Virus record (IMG/VR): IMGVR_UViG_3300009009_000003
Coordinates: 1-64,000 of that record
Origin: a virus
Reading direction: 5' to 3' (one strand)
DNA length: 64,000 nt
How positions within the stretch are numbered: position 1 is the first letter of the stretch; the number at the start of each line of letters is the position of its first letter. The translations under genes were made by a program, and so were the position numbers. A model generated the notes under the pieces. That model was given only the letters and a program-made list of their open reading frames with translations, made no database searches and was not told the DNA's origin. Below are positions 19,701 through 28,738 of the stretch, one piece after another.

Positions 19701-21602
19701 GGAACTGGAACTGGATGGAACAATTCGTATGGGGATGGACAGGCAACATTTTCGAAATCATTTTCCAGTGGGGATACTATATTATTAACTTTTTCAACAA
19801 GTTATTGGGAGTTTAATGGACAAGTGGGTGCAGGAAAAGGTACTGTCACACCGTATGGATTTGTATTAAATACAGATTCAGCAATACCGGCTGTTCAAAC
19901 AAGTTATAATTCTCAACAAATATATTTAAATCCAAGCACTGCTGTTTCAAATATAATAATAAAATATACAGAACTTGATACAAATGATGAAGGAACTGCT
20001 GAAACAGGAGAAGATGGAAGACGGTCCATTATTCGACAATTCTATGTAAATAATGGATCATCGGCTAATCTTACAATAGCCAATAATTATTTTCATGATA
20101 CAACTGGTGTTCATATAATATTTCAGGCTAAGGACTCCACAATAGAAAATAACTATTTTGCCAGAAGATATACGGCTCAATATTGGGATTCCAGCTCCAG
20201 TTCATATCAAGGTATACATGGAGAAGCTATATCATTCAGGCCCACCTGTTCAAATATTGTTGTTCGATATAATATTTTTGAGGATGTGCGTGGTACAGGT
20301 ATTGTAATGGCCCAGGATTCAACTGGGTTCACAGACTTCTATTTCTATGGAAACTTAGCTTTTACGACAGATCCATCAAAATATTATACAAGCAATGGTT
20401 TTTTTGCTACAGGTGATACTAATGATGGAATGAGAGAGGCATATGTATATAATAATACCATGGTTGATTATTCTTCGAGTGGACAAACTGGAATAAGATT
20501 TCACAATGATGGTGGAACAAACTATGCCTATAATAATTTGTGGTATAATTGTAGTGGACTTAATTTTTTGGGAGTAACTCGTGATTATAATGCTGCCGAT
20601 ATAGATTTGGGAGAGGAACATGACCAAATAATTGATTCTACTTATTTTGTTAGTTATGCAGGGGATGATTTTAGACTTTCTAAAGCTACAGAAGCAGGAA
20701 TGAACCTTAATTCTATGACCCCACCGACAACAACCACAACTGTAACAGCAACATCAACCACTACAAGTAATCCAACTTCTTCTTCGACTTCTTCTTCTAC
20801 TTCAACTATTTATGAGGGTGCTCCTGATTGCACTAAAGACAATCTAAAATTCTTTGATAATTTTGAACATCCTACTTTACTATCAGGTGGTAATTATAAT
20901 GATGGTATGTACAATATAGAGGAGGGGGGAGGATGCACAGATCATACGGATAAAACAGGGGATGTTTATGTGGAAAATACTTATGACCATGCAACTGATT
21001 CTACCCATTTATGTACAAATGTTTGTGTTAATTCCTCTCAAAAAGTAAATGGAAATTATAGTTTATACTTTCCTTGTAATGGAGATCGTCTTATATTTGG
21101 ATATGGTTCTTCTTATAATGCCACTCCTCATATTGATTGGAGATTAGGTACAGTTAAGTTTTTCTTTAGAATAGAACACTATTTAGATAATGGTGGTTCA
21201 GACAGTGGTTCGTTATTTCATGCTTCAAAGGGATCAAATGGAAAACAAGGATATATTCAATGTGCCATTTTTGGAACAGGTGGCCCAAGGGTATTTCGTT
21301 TGTCTTATAATAATTATGATGGGGGTGGTAGTCAATATGTCCAAACAAGCACCTATGATAATTTAAGAGCAGATAAATGGTATTATGCCGTTTGTAATTA
21401 TAGAATAGGCACAACTACACCCACATTGAGAGTAAAAGTTTGTGATGTTAACGGAACAAATTGTTCCACGGCAACTTCAAATGTTCAATTAAGACCCATG
21501 ACATATGGAGAATTGTCAACTTTCGATCTAGGAGAATGGAACCATCAAGATTTGAGTGGATGGATAGATGATCTATATGTTTATGGGGATTGGAGGGATT
21601 GA
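16752..21602 (+). CDS. Large signal-peptide protein: three pectin-lyase-like beta-helix modules, choice-of-anchor-Q-like motifs, Ser/Thr linker, C-terminal LamG-like domain
   Basis: MKKLLFLLLFIPSLCLG signal; three copies of YY(I/L)ADG.Y...IKKAT.SDHG..TGW; Asn-ladder YNNT/YNNL; WDRG(M/A)YEY twice; ends GWIDDLYVY. Confidence 0.75.
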   Translation: MKKLLFLLLFIPSLCLGANRYVGPTGSSGTGTSWSSPMALPNGSSAWTAGDVYYLADGNYNLTSMVTIGCTGTATSSSYITIKKATASDHGTDTGWSTSMGDGQAIFNGWANMENQYALFLIVDPYTVIDGQVGENDGSVTPHGIKLVMSPSYVADRANRGIRIEGGLDYITLKHIELQGAGCNLPGTDVRHDAIYHSTTTASNPGVGHYYGYLYSHDWNRCCGLLNGVTNMMFEHNFVARVGSGDAGVHSNGIASSYCYGNLQNTYRYNTFKDIAGTNAVACKDNYLTGDPTWICSGETRTVPRPNYNIYFYGNLFYTTSSTVTSPIGSSQSYRPHYSDGTLTNTGCDDSYDWFYYNNTHVDLNYGEETSVHNMTVGNYQTGKTSYAYNNLFVNSSNISWSVQDAPDAYIIHNYNSYGNSRDSSTQNTGTGNNESGGQYNVATSIFSNYSGRDYRLYYATDPGAQLADPYNYDPLGNIRGGDGAWDRGMYEYTGTQTIHYIRSGASGDGSNWTNALNALPADLERGHTYYIADGTYSGYTFNDGLDGTKYITIKKATASDHGNNTGWPIDNSYGDGSATFTGAINFNTGYYIFDGATRGTDWQSGYGFVIDRSAGTSGPCIGIPAYGTSTNVQNVSVKYCELIGFVTGDTNAPDGFFMNPTGAGNSNISMGYCYIHDVARCPFLGRNASDVTIEYCYIARNESTSPQHAEGISAYNAGSGPTNRWTVRWNIWKDVEGTGIIVFSGDSWKVYGNLFFHTTLSSNQGIGQGCVATWTGYSVTNAQVYNNTAVDLRLAPDTNTTGIYFSNSSSNTGNVAYNNIFYNCEDVSLDTYLTHSYNAFSNASSGSLAETGTGQYNLSSSIFTNYANDIFTLASSTDPGMTLSAPYNTDMLGIYRGAGGVWDRGAYEYEGSAQTNSRYVRQGASGSNNGLDWTNAWTQLPTSLVRGYTYYIADGTYPGYTFDDAVDGTKYIIIKKATTSDHGTGTGWNNSYGDGQATFSKSFSSGDTILLTFSTSYWEFNGQVGAGKGTVTPYGFVLNTDSAIPAVQTSYNSQQIYLNPSTAVSNIIIKYTELDTNDEGTAETGEDGRRSIIRQFYVNNGSSANLTIANNYFHDTTGVHIIFQAKDSTIENNYFARRYTAQYWDSSSSSYQGIHGEAISFRPTCSNIVVRYNIFEDVRGTGIVMAQDSTGFTDFYFYGNLAFTTDPSKYYTSNGFFATGDTNDGMREAYVYNNTMVDYSSSGQTGIRFHNDGGTNYAYNNLWYNCSGLNFLGVTRDYNAADIDLGEEHDQIIDSTYFVSYAGDDFRLSKATEAGMNLNSMTPPTTTTTVTATSTTTSNPTSSSTSSSTSTIYEGAPDCTKDNLKFFDNFEHPTLLSGGNYNDGMYNIEEGGGCTDHTDKTGDVYVENTYDHATDSTHLCTNVCVNSSQKVNGNYSLYFPCNGDRLIFGYGSSYNATPHIDWRLGTVKFFFRIEHYLDNGGSDSGSLFHASKGSNGKQGYIQCAIFGTGGPRVFRLSYNNYDGGGSQYVQTSTYDNLRADKWYYAVCNYRIGTTTPTLRVKVCDVNGTNCSTATSNVQLRPMTYGELSTFDLGEWNHQDLSGWIDDLYVYGDWRD

Positions 21603-21603
21603 C

Positions 21604-21906
21604 ATGAAAAAGATACTTATAATTCTATTTTTAATTTCTTTCCCTTCTATTGCTTTTTGTCAATATGATAAGGATATGTTGGGGGTAACTAGAAATGGTG
21701 ATGGTATTTGGGATAGAGGAGCATATGAATATGTAGGAAGTCCTGTTTCTACATCTAGTTCCAGTTCTTCAACTACAACTACCATTACGTCTACTTCTAC
21801 TTCCAGTACTACAACTTATATAGGTCCACCATCTACAACCACAACTATGCCTAATTTATTCGGTGCACCAAATAGATTAATAATACAAGGTGGTATTATT
21901 AGATAA
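21604..21906 (+). CDS. Small signal-peptide protein with one WDRGAYEY motif and Ser/Thr tract
   Basis: GGAGG RBS; MKKILIILFLISFPSIAFC signal; motif shared with the upstream gene. Confidence 0.65.
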   Translation: MKKILIILFLISFPSIAFCQYDKDMLGVTRNGDGIWDRGAYEYVGSPVSTSSSSSSTTTTITSTSTSSTTTYIGPPSTTTTMPNLFGAPNRLIIQGGIIR

Positions 21907-21925
21907 TGTTATTTTCTAAACATTT

Positions 21926-21935
21926 ATGTTATAAT
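21926..21935 (+). promoter_or_regulatory. Putative extended -10 promoter (TGTTATAAT)
   Basis: ATGTTATAAT in the intergenic gap just before the AAGGAGG RBS of 21957; same element at other promoters in the window. Confidence 0.5.
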
Positions 21936-21956
21936 TAAAAAAGGAGGATTAAAAAA

Positions 21957-22364
21957 ATGTCACCTACTTATGATTATTCAGGAGAAGCAATACTAAAAAT
22001 AGGGGATCAGGAGTTTTACCCTAACAGAAGATCAGTTACTACAAAATATTATACTGATGATAATCTTGTACTTATATCCAATTCCCCCTCTGCTCCGGAA
22101 CCTGTAAAGGTATTGAGTAGAGCTGCTATCACGGCTAATGCAATAACAATTGACCAGAATTATAATACTGTTCGAGTAGTTAATGGTACCAGATCTGGAA
22201 TAACTGTGTGCTTCAATGGGGATTCAGATAATACCATCGGATTGAACAATTATTCAGGGGAATTGATGTATGTAGATTTTGATAATTCCGAGCATGAAAT
22301 CGGTCAGGTAACCATATCAGGTTCTGGTACTGGAATTGTTGAGGTTATAAATTTTAACAGATAG
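21957..22364 (+). CDS. Hypothetical virion-associated beta-rich protein
   Basis: Strong RBS, beta-rich composition, located in the structural module. Confidence 0.5.
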   Translation: MSPTYDYSGEAILKIGDQEFYPNRRSVTTKYYTDDNLVLISNSPSAPEPVKVLSRAAITANAITIDQNYNTVRVVNGTRSGITVCFNGDSDNTIGLNNYSGELMYVDFDNSEHEIGQVTISGSGTGIVEVINFNR

Positions 22365-22372
22365 GAGGGTTT

Positions 22373-22699
22373 ATGGCTGATAATATACTCTATTTTGTAG
22401 AAGGTGATACCCTTCCCATAATATCCGGTACTTTGAAAGATAGTTCTGGAACCCCTGTGAATTTAACCGGCTATCAGATTTATCTTAGAATTAAATATCC
22501 TAGTGCTACATTAGAAAAGTCAGGGGAAATATTAGTAGCAGAAAACGGGACTTTCAAAGTAACATGGAATTCTACAGATTTAATAGCAGGAATATGGGGG
22601 GCAGAATTGGAGTTTGTTTCCTCTGCCGGTGAAATACAAACTGCCCATAGAACGACCTCAAACAAAAAGCTTACTTTTAATATAAGCGAGGAAGGATAA
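22373..22699 (+). CDS. BppU N-terminal-like baseplate/fibre adaptor
   Basis: EGDTLP..L.DSSGTPVNLTG...G.W.AELEF pattern typical of the BppU_N family. Confidence 0.7.
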   Translation: MADNILYFVEGDTLPIISGTLKDSSGTPVNLTGYQIYLRIKYPSATLEKSGEILVAENGTFKVTWNSTDLIAGIWGAELEFVSSAGEIQTAHRTTSNKKLTFNISEEG

Positions 22700-25432
22700 T
22701 TGATATTAGAATTATCTACTACACCACAATTTGTCGAACTTGTGGATGCCGGATTTACAGTTGAATTATTAACTGTACATAATAATATATCTTTATCAAC
22801 AACAAATAGTGAAGTTGTTTTGTATGATACTTCAAGTAAAGTTGAATTGGATCTTTCCAATAATAGAATTGTACTTTCCCCGACAAATTATAAGGTAGAA
22901 TTAGCCTTAACTGGTTCATCATCTACTTCTTCAGAAGGAACTACAGATCATTCTGAACTATCCAATTTAGATTATGCATCTTCAGGTCACACAGGATTTG
23001 CCCCTGCTTCCCATAGTCATAGTGGGGAGTCAGGTGTATCTGACCACGGTGAATTGACGGGTTTAGAAGATGATGATCACACTCAATATCACAATGATTC
23101 AAGAGGTGATAGTAGATACAGCCAATTAGACCATTCTCATGATGCTTATGATGGACACATTGCTTCAGGAGAGATCCATTTTACAGAAGCATCTATAGAT
23201 CATGGATCTATATCAGGGTTAGATGATAATGACCATCCTCAATACAGTCTTTCCGGACATACACATGGAAGCTATGATGGTCATATGGAAAGTGGAGAAA
23301 TTCACTTTACTGAATCATCCATTGACCACACAGCCATCCAAAATATTGGAAGTAATACCCATAACCAAATAGATTCACATATCTCTGATTCTTCCATTCA
23401 TTTTGAATCGGATAAGTATGATGGTCATATGGAAAGTGGTGAGATCCATTTTACAGAAGCATCCATTGACCACACAGATATTCAAAATATTGGAAGTAAT
23501 ACTCATAACCAAATAGATTCACATATCTCTGATTCTTCCATTCATTTTGAATCGGATAAGTATGATGGGCACATAGATTCGGGTGAGATCCATTTTACAG
23601 AAGCATCTATAGATCATACAGCCATCCAAAATATTGGAAGTAACACACATAGTCAGATTGATACACATATTTCAAATACAGAAATCCATTTCGAATCAGA
23701 TAAGTATGATGGGCACATAGCTTCAGGGGAAATACACAGGCAAATAAATGATTCTGCTTCTTCTTCAACCTCTTTATGGTCATCTACGAAGATAAGTGGA
23801 GAACTTGCTACTAAACTGGACATAAACGCAACTGCTTTTGATATAGAATTAGGAACTCCTTCAGATGGTTCTTGGTCTGATGGAGTATTGGCAAGTTGGT
23901 CTGTAAATACAAAGGTGGTGGATGCTCTTGATGATATAAATGAACTGATGTCTTATTTAGCTCCTGATGATGCCAGTGCGTTGTCAGGGACTTTGATTTC
24001 TAATGCTACAACCTATTCAGGATATCTATCAGCAGGTAACGTTAATTATAAAGGCAGTGAACCTGCTGGAACCTCTGTAACCTCTAAAATTGTTACAGCA
24101 GGATTCACCTTAACAACTCCTAGTACTAGTACAATTTTCAACAAGGCAGATGAAGGCATTGTATCTTTAATGGTTAATGGAGTTGAAGCAGATACTTATG
24201 ATTTAGAGTCCAATTTTAATGAAGCAAATAGAGACACCAATCAAAGCACTCCTGTCGGGGATGCTCCTCTCACTGTGACTTCTTGGGGATGCTATAACAG
24301 CTTTCCTAAATGGCAGAAGGCTAATGCTCAGGCAGTAATCACAACCGCAATGATGAGGCAGGGATATAACTATTTTACTATAAAGAGAACAGGAATTTCT
24401 CCGGAACAGGAAAGCAGTACCTATGAAGTATTCTATGATAATGATTCAGGAGCAAATCCTTCTGTAAGTACTCCCACTGTAGCGGAACTTTCCCCTTCTT
24501 GGACTTATAGATCCGGTCTTAAAATGTATGGTAGGGGAAGCACATTTAATGTTGATTGTGTTGTTTCTAATGCCTTTAATAATGTGTATGCTGCCAATCC
24601 TTTATCGTTAAGTGCTTCTTCAGGAAGTTGGTTTACAACGGCAACTGTTTCTCCTAGTGATGGATCTGTTTCAGGTGTTTCTTCACCACCTGCTATAGGG
24701 GAGACAATGACGGTTAATGATAAGGTTATTACTATACCTGCTTCGAATGTACGATCAACTAATGCCAGACTTGTTGCTACACCCTCTTCTCCTTACGGAT
24801 CTCACACAACTGCCACAAGTTCAAGTTCTAGTAGATTGGTAGATGGGTATGCTAATCAATCCACTGACTTATCTGAAACTTTTGATGATGAAAATTATAG
24901 ACTTCCTGCTGGTAGCTATACTAGTGTTCCAGGAGCTATTACAGGGCAATGGGATTCGACTTGGGTATTAGATAACTCCACTTATGTAGGAGCACAGGTT
25001 TATAATGGAAGTCTATATTATCCATCCACTAATTTCTCTGGATATCTTCCAAGTGGAAATCCAAATTACTCTTCACTGACAGGGGACAGAACCTTCTACC
25101 GAGCATATTATGATAATGGAGATCCGCATAGTAGTGGAACTTTAACTATAGGAAACATAAGTTATTCAAACATAAGTGTTGTCGGTAGTGGAAGTATTAA
25201 TGTAGAAATTAAACTTCCTGGTGTTACAGGATGGTTAGATTTTGGAAAGGCTTATGATTCAGGAACATTCACAGGAGCAGATGGAGATGGTTGCCATACA
25301 GGATCTTCATCAGATTGGACATGGAGTTGTGGATCGTTTTCTACCGCAAGTAGTGGATATATGGTAATTGTAAGAATAACTTTAAAAAATACTACTTACA
25401 GTTTAACTCAGGCTGTAATGTCAGGATGGTAA
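22700..25432 (+). CDS. His-rich repeat fibre/virion protein
   Basis: DHGELTGLEDDDHTQY and repeated GHxxSGEIHFTExSIDH units; LWSSTKI; Ser/Thr-rich beta C-terminal region. Confidence 0.7.
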   Translation: MILELSTTPQFVELVDAGFTVELLTVHNNISLSTTNSEVVLYDTSSKVELDLSNNRIVLSPTNYKVELALTGSSSTSSEGTTDHSELSNLDYASSGHTGFAPASHSHSGESGVSDHGELTGLEDDDHTQYHNDSRGDSRYSQLDHSHDAYDGHIASGEIHFTEASIDHGSISGLDDNDHPQYSLSGHTHGSYDGHMESGEIHFTESSIDHTAIQNIGSNTHNQIDSHISDSSIHFESDKYDGHMESGEIHFTEASIDHTDIQNIGSNTHNQIDSHISDSSIHFESDKYDGHIDSGEIHFTEASIDHTAIQNIGSNTHSQIDTHISNTEIHFESDKYDGHIASGEIHRQINDSASSSTSLWSSTKISGELATKLDINATAFDIELGTPSDGSWSDGVLASWSVNTKVVDALDDINELMSYLAPDDASALSGTLISNATTYSGYLSAGNVNYKGSEPAGTSVTSKIVTAGFTLTTPSTSTIFNKADEGIVSLMVNGVEADTYDLESNFNEANRDTNQSTPVGDAPLTVTSWGCYNSFPKWQKANAQAVITTAMMRQGYNYFTIKRTGISPEQESSTYEVFYDNDSGANPSVSTPTVAELSPSWTYRSGLKMYGRGSTFNVDCVVSNAFNNVYAANPLSLSASSGSWFTTATVSPSDGSVSGVSSPPAIGETMTVNDKVITIPASNVRSTNARLVATPSSPYGSHTTATSSSSSRLVDGYANQSTDLSETFDDENYRLPAGSYTSVPGAITGQWDSTWVLDNSTYVGAQVYNGSLYYPSTNFSGYLPSGNPNYSSLTGDRTFYRAYYDNGDPHSSGTLTIGNISYSNISVVGSGSINVEIKLPGVTGWLDFGKAYDSGTFTGADGDGCHTGSSSDWTWSCGSFSTASSGYMVIVRITLKNTTYSLTQAVMSGW

Positions 25433-25437
25433 TATAG

Positions 25438-28056
25438 ATGGCTTTAAGTGATACCACAAAAACAGATATAGCATTTAAGAAGCTTATAGCTCAGGATTAC
25501 ACCACAACATCAAAAGCCTTTTATGAAGAACCTTCCGGCGGTGGGTTTAATCTTACAGGGGATGATATATGGTATGATGATATTCCCTCTACTCCACCTT
25601 CTTCTGATAACTCTATTGTAAAGGTTTATTCTGGTGCAACCAGATTAACTTTGGTGCAAGATACTTCCGTTGCGAGTAATAAAGGATGGATAGCAAGCGG
25701 TGAAGGTAGATTGGGAAGTTGGATTCCACCTAAATATGGGCAGAGTTATACTATAAAAGTTTATGATAACTCAGGAAACCAAATATTTACTGCTGATGCT
25801 ATGGATTGGTACTTCGATTATGAAGCAGGTTATTTGGCTATACAAGATAGTCATGCCTATAGCACACCATTTAAGATTGAAGGTTATAGATATATTGGAA
25901 GAACTATTACAAATACTTTTATTAATGTTTCCGGTGAAGCCTTTCTTACTGATGAAGTATCCTTTAAAGAGGGGTCAAATGTAACTTTATCACAAAGCGG
26001 TAAATTCATCACAATAAGTTCTACAGGAGGGGGAGGTTCAGGGGAAACGGATCACTCCGCCTTAGAAAATCTTGACTATGCAGCATCAGGGCATACGGGA
26101 TTTTCACAAGAAGGGCATGTTCATAATGCTTATGCAGGGCATATGCTATCCGGTGAGATACATTTCACAGAGGGCAATATTGATCATGATAATATACAAA
26201 ATGTAGGCAGCAACTCACATTCTCAAATAGATTCCCACATATCTAATTCTGATATCCATTTTGAATCGGATAAGTACGATGGTCACATAGCATCAGGGGA
26301 AATACACTTTACTGAGGACAGTATAGATCATGGTTCTATATCAGGGTTAGATGATAACGATCATCCTCAATATAGTTTGGTGGACCATGTGCATAACGCT
26401 TATGCCGGTCATGCCTTATCAGGAGAAATACACTTTACCGAAGGTAGTATAGATCATGATAATATACAAAATGTGGGAACACACAGCCATTCATCTATTG
26501 ATTCCCATGTTGACGATTCTGCTATACACACAAATTCTGCTGATAAAAATAAGTGGAATGGACACATAGCTTCAGGGGAAATACACTTTACAGAGGCATC
26601 CATAGATCACAGTAATATATTAAATCATGGGACTAACACCCATTCCACTATTGATAGTCACATATCTAATTCTGATATCCATTTTGAATCGGATAAGTAC
26701 GATGGGCATATTAATAGTGGAGAAATACATAGACAAATAAATGATTCTACGGTATCGGAAACATCACTTTGGTCATCAACAAAAATAAGCGGAGAAATAG
26801 CCAGTAAGGTAGGATCAGGAAGTCCAGGGGGCGGTGATGTTTCCACTGATTCTATATGGGAAGCTAAAGGTGATCTAGTTGTCGGTACAGGTGACAATAC
26901 CGCTGAAATTCTTAGTGCATCAACAAACGGATATGTTTTGACTTTAGATAATACCGAATCTAAGGGTGTAAAATGGGCTGCTGCTGGAGCGGCCAGTATG
27001 GGATCTCTGGATGATTTAACAGATGTTGTTATTACCTCTGCTTTAGCAGGTCATTTTCTATATTGTAGTGGAGAAAATTGGGTAAACAAATCTTTCAATT
27101 ATTTACCTTGTTCCATTGCTCCAGTAACTGATAATTTATATTATTTGGGAATTGATGCGACACCTAATAGAAGATGGGCAAATATATATACAAAAAGTAT
27201 TGATGTGAACTATCATTCTGCTTTTGGAAATTCTCATACTGGGGTAGAATCAACTAGTTGTGTACTAATAGATGAATCTCTTACTACAGGTGGGGATTTT
27301 ACTTCTCTTTCTGTTTCAGCAAAATGGAATCCTTCTTCTCCTCTATCTTCCGGCGATACTATGATTGGAATTGGTGGATATACATGGTTAACTGGAAGTA
27401 AAACCACACAATTTGTAAAAGGAAGTGCTTTGATAGGTTTATCATTTGGACCTTTTTCTTTAACTAGTTCTGGGTCTGGGGAAAGTCTAATAGGAATTAA
27501 AACTTGGGGAGCTACTGGAGTTAATTGTACTATTGCTGCCTATGATGTTTACGGATTATTAGTTGCTCCTGCATCAAATCCTTTTGGATTTACTTTAAAT
27601 TGTACTAATGCATATGGAGTAAAGATCGAAGATTTTTTTACTATTCCAGTTGAGAGTGCCCCAGCAGGAATAACAGCAGTTCATTACGGTCTTTATATAT
27701 CGGCTTTGACTTGGGGTACAGCAAAACACCAAGTTCTTTTGGCTGGTACAGGAGCAGGAAACGGAATTAGATTTGAGGATGAGACCGGCCCTAGAATTTA
27801 TGCCCATTCAGCAAATACTTTAAGAATAGATTCAGATACTATAGCAAGGATGACAATTAATGATACAGGCATTGGGTTTTTTACTGTTACCACACCTATT
27901 GCCCAAGTTGCACATATAGCAGATATGACAGTTTCTTTGGTTTCTACACAAGTGGATTCTGGTGCGGAAGTTGCTACACAACTTAATGCTACGAACGGAA
28001 AAATAAACACCATTCTTGCCGTTCTTGAAAATTTTGGTTTTGTGGCCAAAAGTTAG
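25438..28056 (+). CDS. His-rich repeat fibre/virion protein
   Basis: Same His-rich repeats as 22700; AKGDLVVGTGDNT and LDDLTDVVIT fibre motifs; C-terminal KINTILAVLENFG. Confidence 0.7.
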   Translation: MALSDTTKTDIAFKKLIAQDYTTTSKAFYEEPSGGGFNLTGDDIWYDDIPSTPPSSDNSIVKVYSGATRLTLVQDTSVASNKGWIASGEGRLGSWIPPKYGQSYTIKVYDNSGNQIFTADAMDWYFDYEAGYLAIQDSHAYSTPFKIEGYRYIGRTITNTFINVSGEAFLTDEVSFKEGSNVTLSQSGKFITISSTGGGGSGETDHSALENLDYAASGHTGFSQEGHVHNAYAGHMLSGEIHFTEGNIDHDNIQNVGSNSHSQIDSHISNSDIHFESDKYDGHIASGEIHFTEDSIDHGSISGLDDNDHPQYSLVDHVHNAYAGHALSGEIHFTEGSIDHDNIQNVGTHSHSSIDSHVDDSAIHTNSADKNKWNGHIASGEIHFTEASIDHSNILNHGTNTHSTIDSHISNSDIHFESDKYDGHINSGEIHRQINDSTVSETSLWSSTKISGEIASKVGSGSPGGGDVSTDSIWEAKGDLVVGTGDNTAEILSASTNGYVLTLDNTESKGVKWAAAGAASMGSLDDLTDVVITSALAGHFLYCSGENWVNKSFNYLPCSIAPVTDNLYYLGIDATPNRRWANIYTKSIDVNYHSAFGNSHTGVESTSCVLIDESLTTGGDFTSLSVSAKWNPSSPLSSGDTMIGIGGYTWLTGSKTTQFVKGSALIGLSFGPFSLTSSGSGESLIGIKTWGATGVNCTIAAYDVYGLLVAPASNPFGFTLNCTNAYGVKIEDFFTIPVESAPAGITAVHYGLYISALTWGTAKHQVLLAGTGAGNGIRFEDETGPRIYAHSANTLRIDSDTIARMTINDTGIGFFTVTTPIAQVAHIADMTVSLVSTQVDSGAEVATQLNATNGKINTILAVLENFGFVAKS

Positions 28057-28064
28057 GAGGATTT

Positions 28065-28340
28065 ATGGCTTTAAAAAAAGAACACATGGAAATATTAAAG
28101 GAAATACTTTCATTTTTATTTTCCAATAATCCTATGAAACATATTGAAATTTTTAAAAACTATTCTGTAGATGTTATTATAGATGGAACGGATGAAGAAA
28201 AGATGGTTTACATAAAAAAGTATCTTCAAGAAGTTAAAGTTCCTAAATTAGAATTAGAAGAGAATGGAAGAAGGTCTTCAATAACTGAAGCTGAGGAAGC
28301 TACACTTTCAGCTAAAAGTATTTTAGAGGCTATAAAATAG
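28065..28340 (+). CDS. Hypothetical protein (possible fibre chaperone)
   Basis: AGGAGG RBS; small helical ORF after a fibre gene. Confidence 0.5.
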   Translation: MALKKEHMEILKEILSFLFSNNPMKHIEIFKNYSVDVIIDGTDEEKMVYIKKYLQEVKVPKLELEENGRRSSITEAEEATLSAKSILEAIK

Positions 28341-28351
28341 GCGGTGCTTCT

Positions 28352-28738
28352 ATGAACTTAAGTAGAAAAAGTATAGAAAGATTAGGTACTTGTGACACAA
28401 GACTTCAAAATTTAGTTTATGAAATAGTAAAAACAAATGGTGTTTATGTTCTTTGTGGACATAGGGGGAAAGAAGAACAAAATAAAGCTTATTATGATGG
28501 AAAATCTAAACTTCTATTTCCTAAAAGTAAACATAATAAATGTCCGTCTTTAGCAGTTGATCTTGCTCCTGCTCCATTACCTGATTGGGAAGATACTATA
28601 GCATTTTTAGATTTTTCTTCAATTGTATTATCAACAGCAGACCATCTAAATTATGAAATAAGATGGGGTGGTGATTGGGATATGGACGGTGAAACAGAGC
28701 AAAATGAATGGGATTATGTTCATTATGAGATTGTTTAA
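28352..28738 (+). CDS. Endolysin, M15 family L-Ala-D-Glu peptidase
   Basis: GHRGKEEQ, SKH..SLAVD, IRWGGDW, DYVHYE motifs of T5-lysin-like M15 peptidases. Confidence 0.9.
   Translation: MNLSRKSIERLGTCDTRLQNLVYEIVKTNGVYVLCGHRGKEEQNKAYYDGKSKLLFPKSKHNKCPSLAVDLAPAPLPDWEDTIAFLDFSSIVLSTADHLNYEIRWGGDWDMDGETEQNEWDYVHYEIV

Noticed and set aside
2671-28049. Numerous short antisense ORFs inside structural genes
   Set aside because: No RBS or recognisable motifs; expected by-products of codon bias in Ser/Thr/Gly-rich genes.
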